A stretch of 64,000 nucleotides of DNA, taken from positions 17-64,016 of the forward strand of contig JALOTQ010000001.1 in assembly GCA_025457815.1 (NCBI GenBank), written 5' to 3'. The notes beneath the pieces are model-generated. The model was not told where the DNA came from. It did no database searches and saw only the letters and a list, made by a program, of their open reading frames with translations. The position numbers and the translations under genes were made by a program. Positions 39,766 to 50,175 of this stretch are shown piece by piece; positions within the stretch are counted from its first letter, which is position 1; each line of letters begins with the position of its first letter. Origin of the DNA: Thermoplasmata archaeon. Lineage in GTDB: Archaea > Thermoplasmatota > Thermoplasmata > UBA10834.

Positions 39766-40033
39766 GGCGATCGTGCTCACGCCGGGGTCTCTGTACAGGG
39801 TCAAGAGCCTGGAGGCCAGAGACAAGCCGATGGAGACCTACGGGACGTTCAAAGGGTACGCCGCGATTGCGCACGACACCGCCCTCGTGATGGAGCTGGA
39901 CAAGAGCCACGGCGAAGACAAGGGCAGGATGCGCCTTATACCGTCTCACATGATCATCTCGATCGACGTCCTGAAGGCTGAGAAGGAGAAGGAAGAGAAG
40001 GAGGCCGAGAGCACGTCGGTCTACTTCGGCTGA
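39740..40033 (+). CDS. Hypothetical small protein (97 aa; K/E-rich C-terminus)
   Basis: The ORF overlaps the upstream gene by 26 nt; an alternative start MQRKDEAIVL lies at 39749. No family recognised. Confidence 0.35.
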   Translation: MRSMQRKDEAIVLTPGSLYRVKSLEARDKPMETYGTFKGYAAIAHDTALVMELDKSHGEDKGRMRLIPSHMIISIDVLKAEKEKEEKEAESTSVYFG

Positions 40034-40039
40034 GCGGTC

Positions 40040-40339
40040 ATGACTGTGCAAGTGGACGCGCTGCAGGCGCGCATCCTGGCGATCCTCAAGGACTGGTATC
40101 CCATAACCGTGGAAGAGCTCAGGGACGAGCTGTCGCTCCCGAGCGGCGTGCTCGAGCGCTCATTGAAGGGCCTGATGGTCAAAGGCGTCGTCGCCCTGGA
40201 ACCGCTGAGCGATAAGACCTACATCCGGTTGCTAGTGCCGGAAATCGTCTTCGAGGTCGACAAGAAGTCCTCGGGCAAGCGCAGGAAGCCGCGCCCGCTC
40301 AGGGAGCCGGCGGCGGACGATTCTATCATGTACAGGTGA
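40040..40339 (+). CDS. Small winged-helix protein (99 aa) with basic C-terminal tail
   Basis: ILAILKDWYPITVEELRDELSLPSGVLERSLKGLMVKGVV is a wHTH pattern. Third gene of the triad. Confidence 0.4.
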   Translation: MTVQVDALQARILAILKDWYPITVEELRDELSLPSGVLERSLKGLMVKGVVALEPLSDKTYIRLLVPEIVFEVDKKSSGKRRKPRPLREPAADDSIMYR

Positions 40340-40404
40340 TTCGCGCGGCGCGTGCGCGCGCATCCGATAAGTAGATATCACAACCCTTCATCTCAGAGGT
40401 CGCG

Positions 40405-41964
40405 ATGGATTATTTCGAAGAGCTGGTGCAAGCGATCGTCGTGGGCGAGGTATCCACCAGGGAGGACCTCCTGAGGCTGAAGTCGAAGCTCTGCAAGAAG
40501 CACGGGCTCTCCCGGGTGCCCGCCAACTACGAGGTGCTTGAGCGCGTCCCGGAGGAGTACAGGGAGGTCGTCGAACCCATACTTAGGAACAAGCCGGTCA
40601 GGACCATGAGCGGCGTGGCCCCGGTCGCTGTGATGACGAGCCCATTCGAGTGTCCTCACGGCCGTTGCAGCTACTGTCCAGGCGGCGTGGCCAACAACAC
40701 TCCCCAATCGTACACGGGCCGCGAGCCAGCGGCTCTCAGGGCGTCGATGTACGAGTACGATCCATACAGGCAGGCCAAGAGCAGGCTCGAGCAGTTGAGA
40801 GCGATCGGCCATCATACGGACAAAGTGGATCTCATAATCATGGGCGGCACATTCACTTCGAGGCCCGTCGAGTATCAGGACTGGTTCGTCAAACGTTGTT
40901 TCGACGGCCTGAACGGCTCGGAGTCCCCGGACCTCGAGTCGGCGCAGATCGCGAATGAGACCGCGGACTCGAGGTGCGTCGGGCTAACTGTGGAGACTCG
41001 CCCCGACTGGTTCGGGCGCGAACAGGTGCAGCACTCGATGACCCTCGGAGCCACCAAGGTGGAGCTGGGCGTGCAGATACTCGACGACGCAATCCTGGAC
41101 GGAGTGAGGCGCGGGCACCACGTCAAAGAAGTGGCAGAGGCGACGAAGAGGGCGAAGGACGCAGGCCTGAAGGTCGCGTATCACATGATGCCGGGCCTAC
41201 CAGGGAGTTCGAAGTCGAGAGACCTCGAGGCCTTCAGGACTATGGTAGAGGACGAGCGCTTCAGGCCGGACATGCTCAAGATATACCCGACCCTGGTCGT
41301 CAAAGGGACGGAACTCTACCAGCAGTGGACTGACGGTTCGTATGCTCCGATGAGCCTTGAGGACACCGTGGACATGCTCGCAGAAGTGAAGAAGATGATA
41401 CCGCCCTGGATTAGGATCCTCAGGATCCAGAGGGATATCCCCGTCCAGCTCATCGAAGCAGGCGTGAGGAAGAGCCATCTCCGCGAACTTGTCAAGGAGG
41501 AGCTTCGGCGGAGAGGTGATTCCTGCAGATGCATTCGCTGCAGGGAGGTCGGGCGTACACATACGCGAGGGAAACCCGCGAAGGCGTCGGAGGCGACGCT
41601 AAACGAGATCGAGTACAGGGCCTCGGATGGGACTGAGAAGTTCATCTCATACGACATCCCGTCATCGGACTCCGTTATCGGGTACGCGCGCATGCGCATC
41701 CCAGGAGGCTCGAGCCCAGAGGCCGCCCTGGTCAGGGAGCTCCACGTGTACGGCGAGATGGTCCCGATAAGCGGCGAAGCAGGCACGAGGTGGCAGCACA
41801 AGGGATTCGGAGAGAAGCTCCTCCGTGAATGTGAGGAGGCCGCGGCGGGACGCGGTGTTCCTGAGCTTTGGGTCACCAGCGGAGTGGGGGCAAGGAACTA
41901 CTACAGGCGGCTTGGGTACGAGCGAAAGGGCGCATACATGGCCAAACGCGTGCGCGCCCATTGA
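40405..41964 (+). CDS. elp3: Elp3-type tRNA uridine(34) modification enzyme (radical SAM + GNAT acetyltransferase)
   Basis: CPHGRCSYCPGG radical-SAM cluster, a second Cys cluster CRCIRCRE, and C-terminal GNAT (GFGEKLL...RRLGYE). At 519 aa it is typical of archaeal Elp3. Confidence 0.85.
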   Translation: MDYFEELVQAIVVGEVSTREDLLRLKSKLCKKHGLSRVPANYEVLERVPEEYREVVEPILRNKPVRTMSGVAPVAVMTSPFECPHGRCSYCPGGVANNTPQSYTGREPAALRASMYEYDPYRQAKSRLEQLRAIGHHTDKVDLIIMGGTFTSRPVEYQDWFVKRCFDGLNGSESPDLESAQIANETADSRCVGLTVETRPDWFGREQVQHSMTLGATKVELGVQILDDAILDGVRRGHHVKEVAEATKRAKDAGLKVAYHMMPGLPGSSKSRDLEAFRTMVEDERFRPDMLKIYPTLVVKGTELYQQWTDGSYAPMSLEDTVDMLAEVKKMIPPWIRILRIQRDIPVQLIEAGVRKSHLRELVKEELRRRGDSCRCIRCREVGRTHTRGKPAKASEATLNEIEYRASDGTEKFISYDIPSSDSVIGYARMRIPGGSSPEAALVRELHVYGEMVPISGEAGTRWQHKGFGEKLLRECEEAAAGRGVPELWVTSGVGARNYYRRLGYERKGAYMAKRVRAH

Positions 41965-42024
41965 CTGCCAGCGCTATCATTATATTGGCTCATTAGCATC
42001 GGAGAAGCCTGGGGGAGAATTTGC

Positions 42025-43902
42025 ATGCCCTGCATTAAGTGCGGCGCGAAAACCGAGGAGGAGGCGCTCCTGTGCGACGGATGCGCTGATGCTTGCCTCC
42101 AAGATCCCAAGTTCTTCCTAGACCCGGTCCTGGTCGGGCAGAGCGTGTTCACGCGGCTTCGAGGCAGCGGGTCGGCGGCCTACATCCTGGGACCGAACAC
42201 GCGGGCGAGCATGGTCAACATCCCGTCGTCCGACCTTATGAAGACCGTCAAGGACGTGAACGTCCAGGCGCTACTGCACGACGACCTCGGGCCGTTCTAC
42301 GAGAAGTGCGTCACGCTCCTGGCGCACTATGGTGTACCACTCAGGGTTGACAGCCCGAAGCTACTTCTCACCAAGGACGCCGCAGATGCGGCCACCCTCA
42401 TCATCCAGAAGACGAACGCAACTGAGAAGATGTACCCTCTCGAGGGCATGAGTGACCTCTACATACGTCTGGGGGTCGTCTATTGGTGCGCTTCGCAGGG
42501 CATACTGATGCGCACAACGTCCAAGACGTGGCGTGAAGCGCGGAGCGCCTATCTCGTCTCCAAGGCGAAAGAGCTCCTGTCGAAGGTCCAGCCGGGGGAC
42601 GACCTTCGTTCGATCGCGGCTAGGACACTGGGCCTCATCTGCCTCGATGCGGAGGAATGGACGGAGGCCGAGGAGCACCTGTCGGAAGCGCTCCTGCAGT
42701 TCCCGGACGATCTTATCATAGGCGAAGGCCTCGCCAAGTCTCATCTCATGCTCGGAAACCCGATGGAGGCCCTCTCCAGGGTGGACGAGGTAATCAACCA
42801 GGGTGAGAGGCCCGAGCTCTGGGTCCTCAAGGGCAGGATACTGCGCGACCTGGACAGGAACAGGGAGGCCTTGGAGTGCTTCAGCAGGGCGATATCCATC
42901 GACTCGCACTACATGCCTGCCCATGACATCATGATAATGACGCTCCGCGATGTCGGCCGGCTCGAAGAGGCAGCGCTGGCGGAGAGCCAACGTTCTCTGG
43001 CGCGAAGGCCGGACCTGGACAAGAAGGTCACTGACCTGATCGCGGAGTTCAAGAAACCCTCACCAGAGGCGCCCCCTCCACCGCCCGTAGCGGCCGGTGC
43101 GAAGAAGGAACCCCCAAAGCCTGCCCCGGAACCTCCGTCAAGGAGGGACCCATTAGAGCACGCCCGCGAGGCCCTCGCACAGAAGGACTACGACACCGCC
43201 ATACAGCGCGCGAGCCACCTGCTCAGGGAGAAGCCCGAGATGAGGGACGCGATCCTGCTGGTGATCGAGGCCCAGGTCGCGAAGGGCGACGTCAAGGAGG
43301 CCGGAGAGAATGTCCATTCATTCTATGAGAAGAACAAGGATGACCCGATGGCTTGGTACTGGCGCGGGACAGTTGCCAACAAGGAGGGCAGGTGGGGCGC
43401 GTCGGTCCAGTACTTCAGCAAGGCGGTGACTCTCGACCCGAGGCTGCTTGATGCGTGGAACTCGATGGGGGAGATACTCCTCGCCAACGGCAAGACGACG
43501 GGGGCGGACGAGAGCTTCAACAAGGCCCTCGAGATAGACCCCGAAGACTCTCGCGCATGGCTCGGGAAGGCGAAGACCATGAAGGCCTTGGGCAGATGGG
43601 GTGCCGCCATACAGTCGTTCGACAAGTACAACGCCCTGGTCCCTGGAGACGTCGAGGTCTGGAAGCTGAAGGCGGATCTGCTGTTCGAGAAGGAGAAGCA
43701 CAGCCGTGCGATCGAGGCATACGACAAATACCTGGAACTCAAGGGGGCGGATTCAGACGCCCTCTGCCGGAAAGGCGTCTCGCTGAATGCCCTCGGAATG
43801 GTCGCGGAGGCCAAGAAGGCCTTCGTGGAGAGCTTCAGGATAGACCCCAACAACAAGGAGGCCGCCAAGTGGTTGAAGGCTCTCACAGGGGGTGAGTCGT
43901 GA
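42025..43902 (+). CDS. TPR-repeat protein with N-terminal zinc ribbon
   Basis: MPCIKCGAKTEEEALLCDGCADAC, then >=10 TPR-like repeats (WY...G....A...F.KA.E.DP). 625 aa. Confidence 0.7.
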   Translation: MPCIKCGAKTEEEALLCDGCADACLQDPKFFLDPVLVGQSVFTRLRGSGSAAYILGPNTRASMVNIPSSDLMKTVKDVNVQALLHDDLGPFYEKCVTLLAHYGVPLRVDSPKLLLTKDAADAATLIIQKTNATEKMYPLEGMSDLYIRLGVVYWCASQGILMRTTSKTWREARSAYLVSKAKELLSKVQPGDDLRSIAARTLGLICLDAEEWTEAEEHLSEALLQFPDDLIIGEGLAKSHLMLGNPMEALSRVDEVINQGERPELWVLKGRILRDLDRNREALECFSRAISIDSHYMPAHDIMIMTLRDVGRLEEAALAESQRSLARRPDLDKKVTDLIAEFKKPSPEAPPPPPVAAGAKKEPPKPAPEPPSRRDPLEHAREALAQKDYDTAIQRASHLLREKPEMRDAILLVIEAQVAKGDVKEAGENVHSFYEKNKDDPMAWYWRGTVANKEGRWGASVQYFSKAVTLDPRLLDAWNSMGEILLANGKTTGADESFNKALEIDPEDSRAWLGKAKTMKALGRWGAAIQSFDKYNALVPGDVEVWKLKADLLFEKEKHSRAIEAYDKYLELKGADSDALCRKGVSLNALGMVAEAKKAFVESFRIDPNNKEAAKWLKALTGGES

Positions 43903-46511
43903 TGGTCGAGCTGGAGAAGATCCTGAGCGAGCGCTCGGACGAGCGAGTCCTCAAGGCCGTGAGGGAGATCTCCGAGACCGAGTTCAACAAGCTCGTCGAG
44001 TCCGTCCTGGGCTATCTCGAGCTCAAGATCACCAAGAGCAGGCCCAAGGGGTCTTTCATGATCGCTGAGTGCGTCCACAGGCCCGACGGGAAGAAGTACG
44101 TGGTGTTCTTCTCGAGGCGCCCTGAGACCATCATGAAGGTGGACATCGAGAGCCTCATCTCGTACATGGCCCGCGCGGAGTCGCCTAACGGGCTGGTGCT
44201 CACCACGGGCCCGATAGATCGTGAGGGAGCGGTGCTCGCGGAGAAGAACGATGTCGGGCTCGCAGACGGGGCGAAACTCGCAGCCCTGCTCCGGAGATTC
44301 GACCTCGACAAGGAGGTCGTCAAGGCAGCGGAGGCGTGGAAGGAACGGGCGAAGGTGGTGTCCGTTCCCGGAGCCGACAAGCGGCTCGAAGAGGCCATGA
44401 AGCTCGGGTACGAGGCGCTTGCGGCCCGCGATTTCATGAAGGCCTTGGACCAGTTCGACCAGTCCATCATGCTGAAGGAGGATTACGACGTCCCCTGGAG
44501 GCTGAAGGGCAACACCCTCGACGAGATGGGCTATCATGAGCAGGCCCTCGAGTGCTACAAGCACGCCCTCGAGCTGCACCCCGAGAGCGACGAGACCTGG
44601 TTCAGCCTGGGAAGCTGCCTCTTCTCTCTTGGGAGGTACAGCGAGGAGATAGTCTGCTATGACCGAGCGCTCCAATACAACCCGAACATGCAGAAGGCGC
44701 TCGTGAACAAGGGCTCGACGCTGCACAGGCTGGGCAGGTTCAAGGAAGCCCTCGAGACATATGACAGGGTACTCAAGATCAACTACCGGCTTGAGAAGGT
44801 GCACAACAACCGCGGCGCGACACTGCACAGTCTTGGGCAGATGAACGAGGCGCTCGCGGCATACAACCGAGCCATCGAGCTCAAGCATGACTATGTCGAG
44901 GCCTGGATGAACAAGGGAGGCCTTCTGTACGAACTCGGCAGGTACGGTGAGGCATTCGAGGCGTTCGGCCAGATAACCCACCTGAGGCCTGAGCTGCCGA
45001 AGGGATGGTACTTGCGCGGGTTGGCGGCGAAGAAGACCGGCAACACGAGCGCAGCGAAGGCGAGTTTCGAGGCTGCTCTCAGGCTCGACCCTGACTACAC
45101 CGAAGCCAGGCGCGCCCTGGACGACATATCGCGGAAGATCCAGGAGAAGTTCACCGAGGTCCCACGCATTGTCCAAGACATCTTCGCGTCGGAGGCCGCG
45201 AAGGCCCCAGAGGCGCCTCCACCCGAAGCCCCGAAAGTGGCCGAGGACGTCGTCGCTCGCGTGCGCGAGGAAGGCGTCGAGCAGCTGGCAGAGGAACTCT
45301 ACGGGGACAGGGCTGAGATACTGATGCTCTTCGGGAGGTTCGACGAGGCATTCGACTTCCTCGGGAAGTCCTTGAGGCTCGAGGGCGAGAACGCCGCCCT
45401 GCTTACGAGAGCTGGCAATGTTCTCTACGAGCAGGGGAAGCTCGAGGCGGCAGCGAGGACCTACGAGCACGCCCTCGTCAGCGACCCTTCGTGCGAATCC
45501 GCGATGTTCAACCTTCACACGACCTTGCTCTCTTTCAACGAGATGGAGCGGGCGACAAAGGTGAGCGGCCTGCTCAGAGGATCTTCGTTCGGATGGGCCG
45601 CGCTGGCGTCCGCATCCATGGAGGCTTTCGGACGAGGTGATTTCAAGCAGGCGCTCGACGACGTCGAGCGCGCGATAGCCACGGAGGACATCGCAGTTCT
45701 TGAGGACTACAAGGGTCTGATCAAGCTCGCCGCCGGGGACCTCGACGGGGCTGCGGAGACGTTCCAGAGGATGAAGGACATGCCTCTCGACCCGTCCGAG
45801 GCGCACAACAACCTCGGCGCCGTGTACCTTAAGAAGGGCGAGCTGGAGCTCATGAAGGACACAGATACGGACATGTTCGAGAAGGCCAGCTTCGAAATAG
45901 ACAAAGCCATCAAGCACGAGCGCACGAACCCTGCCGCCTGGAACAACCGAGGGTGCGTCCTGTACAAACTGGACAGGTGCCGCGAAGCGATAGCATGTTT
46001 CGACGAGTCGCTCCTGCTCCTGAAGAGCACCACCGCCCTGTCCAATCGGGGCTTCAGCCAGCTGTCGTTGGACCTTCTGCAGGAATCTCTTGACAGCTTC
46101 CAGGGATCACTCAGGATAGAGGAGACCGCAGAGGCGTTCAACAACAAGGGTATCGTGCTCGAGCGCATGGACAGGCACGAGGACGCGATGGTCGCGTTCA
46201 GGGAGTCCATCAAGATCGCCCCGACGTTCAAGGATGCGGCCGACAACCTGCGTCGTGTGGGCGCAAGGTCGGGCTCTAAGGCCGACTCGGGTGAAGGCAA
46301 GGGCCGGGACGTGCCCCCTCCGGGTGAGGAGGTCATCGTCGACAGAGCCACCGCGACGAAGATCCTGGCCCAGGTGGATGAGGCATACCTGAGGGAGAAG
46401 AGGAAGGCTGAGCTCGAGGCCATGTGCGAGACCCTCGGTTTGGACCCGAAGGGTACTCGGGCCGATCTCATAGTGAGGATTCTGAAGGCGAAGCGGCAGC
46501 TCACCAAATGA
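43899..46511 (+). CDS. Large TPR-repeat protein (870 aa) with a C-terminal SAP-like motif
   Basis: Start ATG overlaps the upstream stop (ATGA). Contains ~18 TPR repeats. The C-terminal LEAMCETLGLDPKGTRADLIVRILKAKRQL matches the SAP helix-extended-helix consensus. The N-terminal ~140 aa could be a degenerate restriction-endonuclease-like fold; this is a weak call. Confidence 0.7.
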   Translation: MMVELEKILSERSDERVLKAVREISETEFNKLVESVLGYLELKITKSRPKGSFMIAECVHRPDGKKYVVFFSRRPETIMKVDIESLISYMARAESPNGLVLTTGPIDREGAVLAEKNDVGLADGAKLAALLRRFDLDKEVVKAAEAWKERAKVVSVPGADKRLEEAMKLGYEALAARDFMKALDQFDQSIMLKEDYDVPWRLKGNTLDEMGYHEQALECYKHALELHPESDETWFSLGSCLFSLGRYSEEIVCYDRALQYNPNMQKALVNKGSTLHRLGRFKEALETYDRVLKINYRLEKVHNNRGATLHSLGQMNEALAAYNRAIELKHDYVEAWMNKGGLLYELGRYGEAFEAFGQITHLRPELPKGWYLRGLAAKKTGNTSAAKASFEAALRLDPDYTEARRALDDISRKIQEKFTEVPRIVQDIFASEAAKAPEAPPPEAPKVAEDVVARVREEGVEQLAEELYGDRAEILMLFGRFDEAFDFLGKSLRLEGENAALLTRAGNVLYEQGKLEAAARTYEHALVSDPSCESAMFNLHTTLLSFNEMERATKVSGLLRGSSFGWAALASASMEAFGRGDFKQALDDVERAIATEDIAVLEDYKGLIKLAAGDLDGAAETFQRMKDMPLDPSEAHNNLGAVYLKKGELELMKDTDTDMFEKASFEIDKAIKHERTNPAAWNNRGCVLYKLDRCREAIACFDESLLLLKSTTALSNRGFSQLSLDLLQESLDSFQGSLRIEETAEAFNNKGIVLERMDRHEDAMVAFRESIKIAPTFKDAADNLRRVGARSGSKADSGEGKGRDVPPPGEEVIVDRATATKILAQVDEAYLREKRKAELEAMCETLGLDPKGTRADLIVRILKAKRQLTK

Positions 46512-46568
46512 TGGCCTTGCAGCGGCTTCGCTAAGCAACAGAGATATCGCCCCGATACGCTCGCGCGC

Positions 46569-46814
46569 TCAGGCGATGTTCATCACGACGACGTCTCGGA
46601 CCGCCTTCATCTCGCTGAAAGGCAGTATGAGCCTGCCCTGCGGGTCCGTCTTGAACAGCCGCGGCTCGACGTCCTCAGCCGGGATCACCAGAACGTTCTG
46701 TAGTGCTCCCGTCTTCGTGTCCAGCAAGAAGTTCTCTATCATTCCGAGTATCTGGCCATCGTTTGTCATCACAGTTTTTCCCTTCAGCTCGGTGATGAAT
46801 TTGCGCATGTACAT
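46569..46814 (-). CDS. PRC-barrel domain protein (81 aa)
   Basis: LKGKTVMTNDGQILGMIENFLLDTKTGALQNVLV is the PRC-barrel signature. Lies immediately downstream of cdc48 on the same strand. Confidence 0.55.
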   Translation of the reverse strand: MYMRKFITELKGKTVMTNDGQILGMIENFLLDTKTGALQNVLVIPAEDVEPRLFKTDPQGRLILPFSEMKAVRDVVVMNIA

Positions 46815-46825
46815 CCCATCTCCAG

Positions 46826-49048
46826 CTATCTGTAATAGCCTAGCCCCAAATCCTCTTTGCTCTTCTTAGACATTGCGGTCGTCATCTGCTTGAACAGGGA
46901 TTCGTAGAATTTCATGGTCTCGGAATCCGTCGACGCCCTCACCGCGGCCAGTGCCTCTTCGAAATTCTCCATTGAGACCTTCGTGGCGGTCTTGTTCTTT
47001 CTCATTGCGGTCAGGGCTGCCTCCCTGCAGAGGTTCTCGATGTCCGCGCCGACATATCCGTCGATCCTCTTTGCCAGTGCTGGCAGGTCCACCTTGTCCA
47101 GAGGCATGGTCTTCGTGTGAACCTCCAGGATCTTCAGCCGCGCAGCCTCGTTGGGGACCGGCATCAGCATGAGCTTGTCGAATCGGCCAGGACGCAGCAG
47201 CGCGGGGTCGACGATGTCCGGCCTGTTTGTGGCAGCTATGACGAAGACATTCTCCATATCTTCTAGGCCGTCCATGGAGGTTAGCAGCTGGTTGACGACC
47301 CTCTCGGTCGCGCCTGAATCGAAGTGGCTGCCTCTCCTGGGCGCTATCGCATCGATCTCATCGAGGAACACGATCGAGGGGGAGACCTGCTTCGCCTTCT
47401 TGAATATCATCCTGATGGCCTTCTCGCTCTCACCGACCCATTTGGACATTATCTCGGGACCCTTGATCGATATGAAGTTGGCCTTCGACTCGGTCGCGAG
47501 CGCGCGCGCGATGAGAGTCTTTCCGGTGCCAGGCGCCCCGAACAGAAGCACGCCCTTCGGAGGTCTTATTCCCATTCTGGTGAATGAATCGGGATCCTCC
47601 AGGGGCATCTCGACCGCCTCGTGAAGCTCCTTCTTGATATTCTCGAGGCCGCCGACCTCGGACCATGTCACCCGAGGTACCTCCACGAAGACCTCCCTCA
47701 TTGCGCTCGGCTCGATCTCCTTGAGGGCGTCGGCGAAGTCCTGCGCGGTGACCTTCATCTTCTCGAGCACCTCGGCGGGGATGGGTTTCCCGAGATCTAT
47801 CTCAGGCAGATACCTCCGCAGGGATTTCATCGCGGCTTCCCTTGCCAGGGACGCCAGGTCTGCCCCGACAAAGCCGTGAGTGATCTTCGCTATGTGCTCG
47901 AGCTGGACGTTCTCCTCGAGAGGCATGCCTCTGGTGTGGATCTGGAGAATTTCCTGCCTACCTGCCACAGTGGGGACCCCTATCTCGATTTCCCGGTCGA
48001 ACCTTCCTGGTCTGCGCAGGGCGGGGTCGATGGCATCCTCCCTGTTCGTCGCGGCGATGACAATGACATTCCCCCTCGCGGTCATGCCGTCCATGAGCGT
48101 CAGGAGCTGGGCGACCACTCTCCTCTCGACCTCTCCGTGGACCTCGTCCCTTCTCGGGGCTATCGAGTCGACCTCGTCTATGAATATCACGGACGGAGCG
48201 TTCTTCTCCGCCTCGGTGAAGATACCCCTCAGCCTCTCCTCGCTCTGGCCGTAGAACTTGGACATTATCTCGGGACCTTGGATCGCATGGAAGTTGGCCC
48301 CCGCCTCGTTGGCGACGGCCCGGGCGATGAGGGTTTTGCCGGTGCCGGGCGGACCGTAGAGCAACACTCCCTTCGGCGGGTCTATTCCGAGCCTGGCAAA
48401 GACCTCAGGGTGCTTCAGAGGCAGCTCGATCATCTCTCGGATCCTCTGCAGCTCTCCCTCGAGTCCTCCGATGTCTTCGTACGTCACGGAAGGGCGCTCT
48501 ATCTGCGTTACCTCGACGGGTTCGGTCTTCACCGACAGCTCAGTGCTCTCGGTCACCTGCACGATTCCGCTCGGGGAAGTCGCGACGACCACGAAAGGAA
48601 GGAAACCACCCATCAGGGCGATGTTCGGGATGATTATCTCGTCACCTTTGACCACCGCGCGGTTCAGCAGCCCCTTCTTGAAAAGCCCCTCGACCCCGGC
48701 GCCGAACTTGACGCGCTTACCTTGGGGGATCTTAGGCGCTACGGTGATCTTCTGCGCGATCTGCGCCGCAGCCTTACTGACCACCACCTTCTCACCAATC
48801 GATATTCCCGCATTCTGCCGGATCATGCCGTCTATGCGGATGATCCCCATTCCCTCGTCCTCATGGGCAGCTCTGAAGATCTTCGCGGCGGTTTTCTTCT
48901 TCCCGGAGATCTCTATGATCTCCCCGACCTCGGCTCCGAGGGTTTTTCGAGTGGCAGTGTCAATCCTGGCCCTCCCCAGACCGACCTCGGACTGGTGGTG
49001 TGCCCGCGCGACCCTCAGCGTCAGGCCCTCTGGCTGCTTCTTGGTCAT
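46826..49048 (-). CDS. cdc48: AAA+ ATPase Cdc48/VCP (two AAA domains D1 and D2 plus N-domain)
   Basis: Two Walker A sites GPPGTGKT and [28 protein letters not shown] Walker B, second regions of homology. 740 aa. Confidence 0.9.
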   Translation of the reverse strand: MTKKQPEGLTLRVARAHHQSEVGLGRARIDTATRKTLGAEVGEIIEISGKKKTAAKIFRAAHEDEGMGIIRIDGMIRQNAGISIGEKVVVSKAAAQIAQKITVAPKIPQGKRVKFGAGVEGLFKKGLLNRAVVKGDEIIIPNIALMGGFLPFVVVATSPSGIVQVTESTELSVKTEPVEVTQIERPSVTYEDIGGLEGELQRIREMIELPLKHPEVFARLGIDPPKGVLLYGPPGTGKTLIARAVANEAGANFHAIQGPEIMSKFYGQSEERLRGIFTEAEKNAPSVIFIDEVDSIAPRRDEVHGEVERRVVAQLLTLMDGMTARGNVIVIAATNREDAIDPALRRPGRFDREIEIGVPTVAGRQEILQIHTRGMPLEENVQLEHIAKITHGFVGADLASLAREAAMKSLRRYLPEIDLGKPIPAEVLEKMKVTAQDFADALKEIEPSAMREVFVEVPRVTWSEVGGLENIKKELHEAVEMPLEDPDSFTRMGIRPPKGVLLFGAPGTGKTLIARALATESKANFISIKGPEIMSKWVGESEKAIRMIFKKAKQVSPSIVFLDEIDAIAPRRGSHFDSGATERVVNQLLTSMDGLEDMENVFVIAATNRPDIVDPALLRPGRFDKLMLMPVPNEAARLKILEVHTKTMPLDKVDLPALAKRIDGYVGADIENLCREAALTAMRKNKTATKVSMENFEEALAAVRASTDSETMKFYESLFKQMTTAMSKKSKEDLGLGYYR

Positions 49049-49218
49049 CTCGAGCTTAATCCTCTGCCATCTGCAAAAAGGTTTGGGCGGTGCATTTCAG
49101 ACGTAAGAAAGGCACCGATTTCGGCACGCGGATAGTGCCCGCCTGCCGACGCTCGATAATCGCCTCGATTCGGCCCTCATATTTCGTTGAGTTGGACATA
49201 TCTGGCTAGAGCCCCTGA

Positions 49219-49228
49219 CCTATATAGG
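49219..49228 (+). promoter_or_regulatory. TATA-like palindromic box CCTATATAGG upstream of the por operon
   Basis: Read directly, ~60 nt upstream of the porGD start in the divergent cdc48/por intergenic region. Confidence 0.35.
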
Positions 49229-49285
49229 TTGCATAGTAAGACTTAAGGTCAGCCTTCTCATACAAAAGGCCAACGAGGCCTATCT

Positions 49286-50170
49286 ATGTTTGAGGTACGA
49301 TTCCATGGCCGCGGCGGTCAAGGCGCGGTCATGGCGGCGCAAGCACTCGCGAGCGCGGCCTTCCAGGAAGGGGGTTATGCGACTGCATTCCCCTTTTTCG
49401 GAGCCGAGAGGCGTGGAGCGCCCGTGCTCGCGTTCACCAGGATTGACAAGAAGCGGATCTATAGGAAAACGCAGGTCTACGAACCTGACATCGTCGTGGT
49501 TCTTGACGAGGGCCTTATCGAAGGCGTGAACGTCGTCGAGGGCCTGAAGAAGGGCGGCATGGTCATAGTCAACACCACGAAGAAGCCCGAGCAGGTGGAT
49601 GTCGGGATCGATGTGAAGTTGGCGACCGTTGATGCCACGGGTGTCGCTTTGGAGGTGCTGAAGCAGCCTGCGACGAACTCGGCCATTCTGGGCGCGTTCG
49701 CGAAGGCCACGGGACTTGTCACGATCGAGTCGATTGAGAAGGGCATCATGCAGATTTTCGGGGACAGGCTTGGCCCCAAGATTGGCGAGCTCAACGGCAA
49801 GGCCGCCCGCGTCGCGTACGACCGGACAGTGGTCGGAGAATCTCACGGTCACAGACAGCTCAAGACCGCCAAGAAGTGGCTTCCTGATGTCAAGGACCTG
49901 CCCCTCGGGGTCGCGGGCATACCCATGACCACGGATGCAGGACTGGTGGGACCAGGCTCGTTCAAGGAGAACAAGACTGGCAGCTGGAAGGTCTTCAGGC
50001 CGGAATACGACAAGGACAAGTGCACCATGTGCAACTTCTGCTGGTTCTACTGTCCCGAGGGATGCATCTACAGGAAGGAGGACAGGATGGACTTTGACAT
50101 GGAATACTGCAAGGGCTGCGGGATATGCGCCAACGAGTGCCCCGTCGAAGCCATCAAGATGGTGAGGTGA
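49286..50170 (+). CDS. porGD: Pyruvate/2-oxoacid:ferredoxin oxidoreductase gamma subunit fused to delta (2x[4Fe-4S] ferredoxin) subunit
   Basis: N-terminal PorG-like ([17 protein letters not shown]). C-terminal [12 protein letters not shown] and [12 protein letters not shown] ferredoxin motifs. Confidence 0.8.
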   Translation: MFEVRFHGRGGQGAVMAAQALASAAFQEGGYATAFPFFGAERRGAPVLAFTRIDKKRIYRKTQVYEPDIVVVLDEGLIEGVNVVEGLKKGGMVIVNTTKKPEQVDVGIDVKLATVDATGVALEVLKQPATNSAILGAFAKATGLVTIESIEKGIMQIFGDRLGPKIGELNGKAARVAYDRTVVGESHGHRQLKTAKKWLPDVKDLPLGVAGIPMTTDAGLVGPGSFKENKTGSWKVFRPEYDKDKCTMCNFCWFYCPEGCIYRKEDRMDFDMEYCKGCGICANECPVEAIKMVR

Positions 50171-50175
50171 GAGGA

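Noticed and set aside
43323-45917. 864-aa minus-strand ORF overlapping both TPR genes
   Set aside because: Antisense to genes with clear repeated TPR motifs and a coupled start/stop junction. The translation is Leu/Arg/Glu-rich low complexity without any domain signature.
47621-49135. 504-aa plus-strand ORF antisense to cdc48, and 36422..37723 minus-strand ORF antisense to the ABC substrate-binding protein
   Set aside because: The sense-strand genes have unambiguous AAA+ and SBP signatures. The antisense ORFs are GC-frame artefacts.
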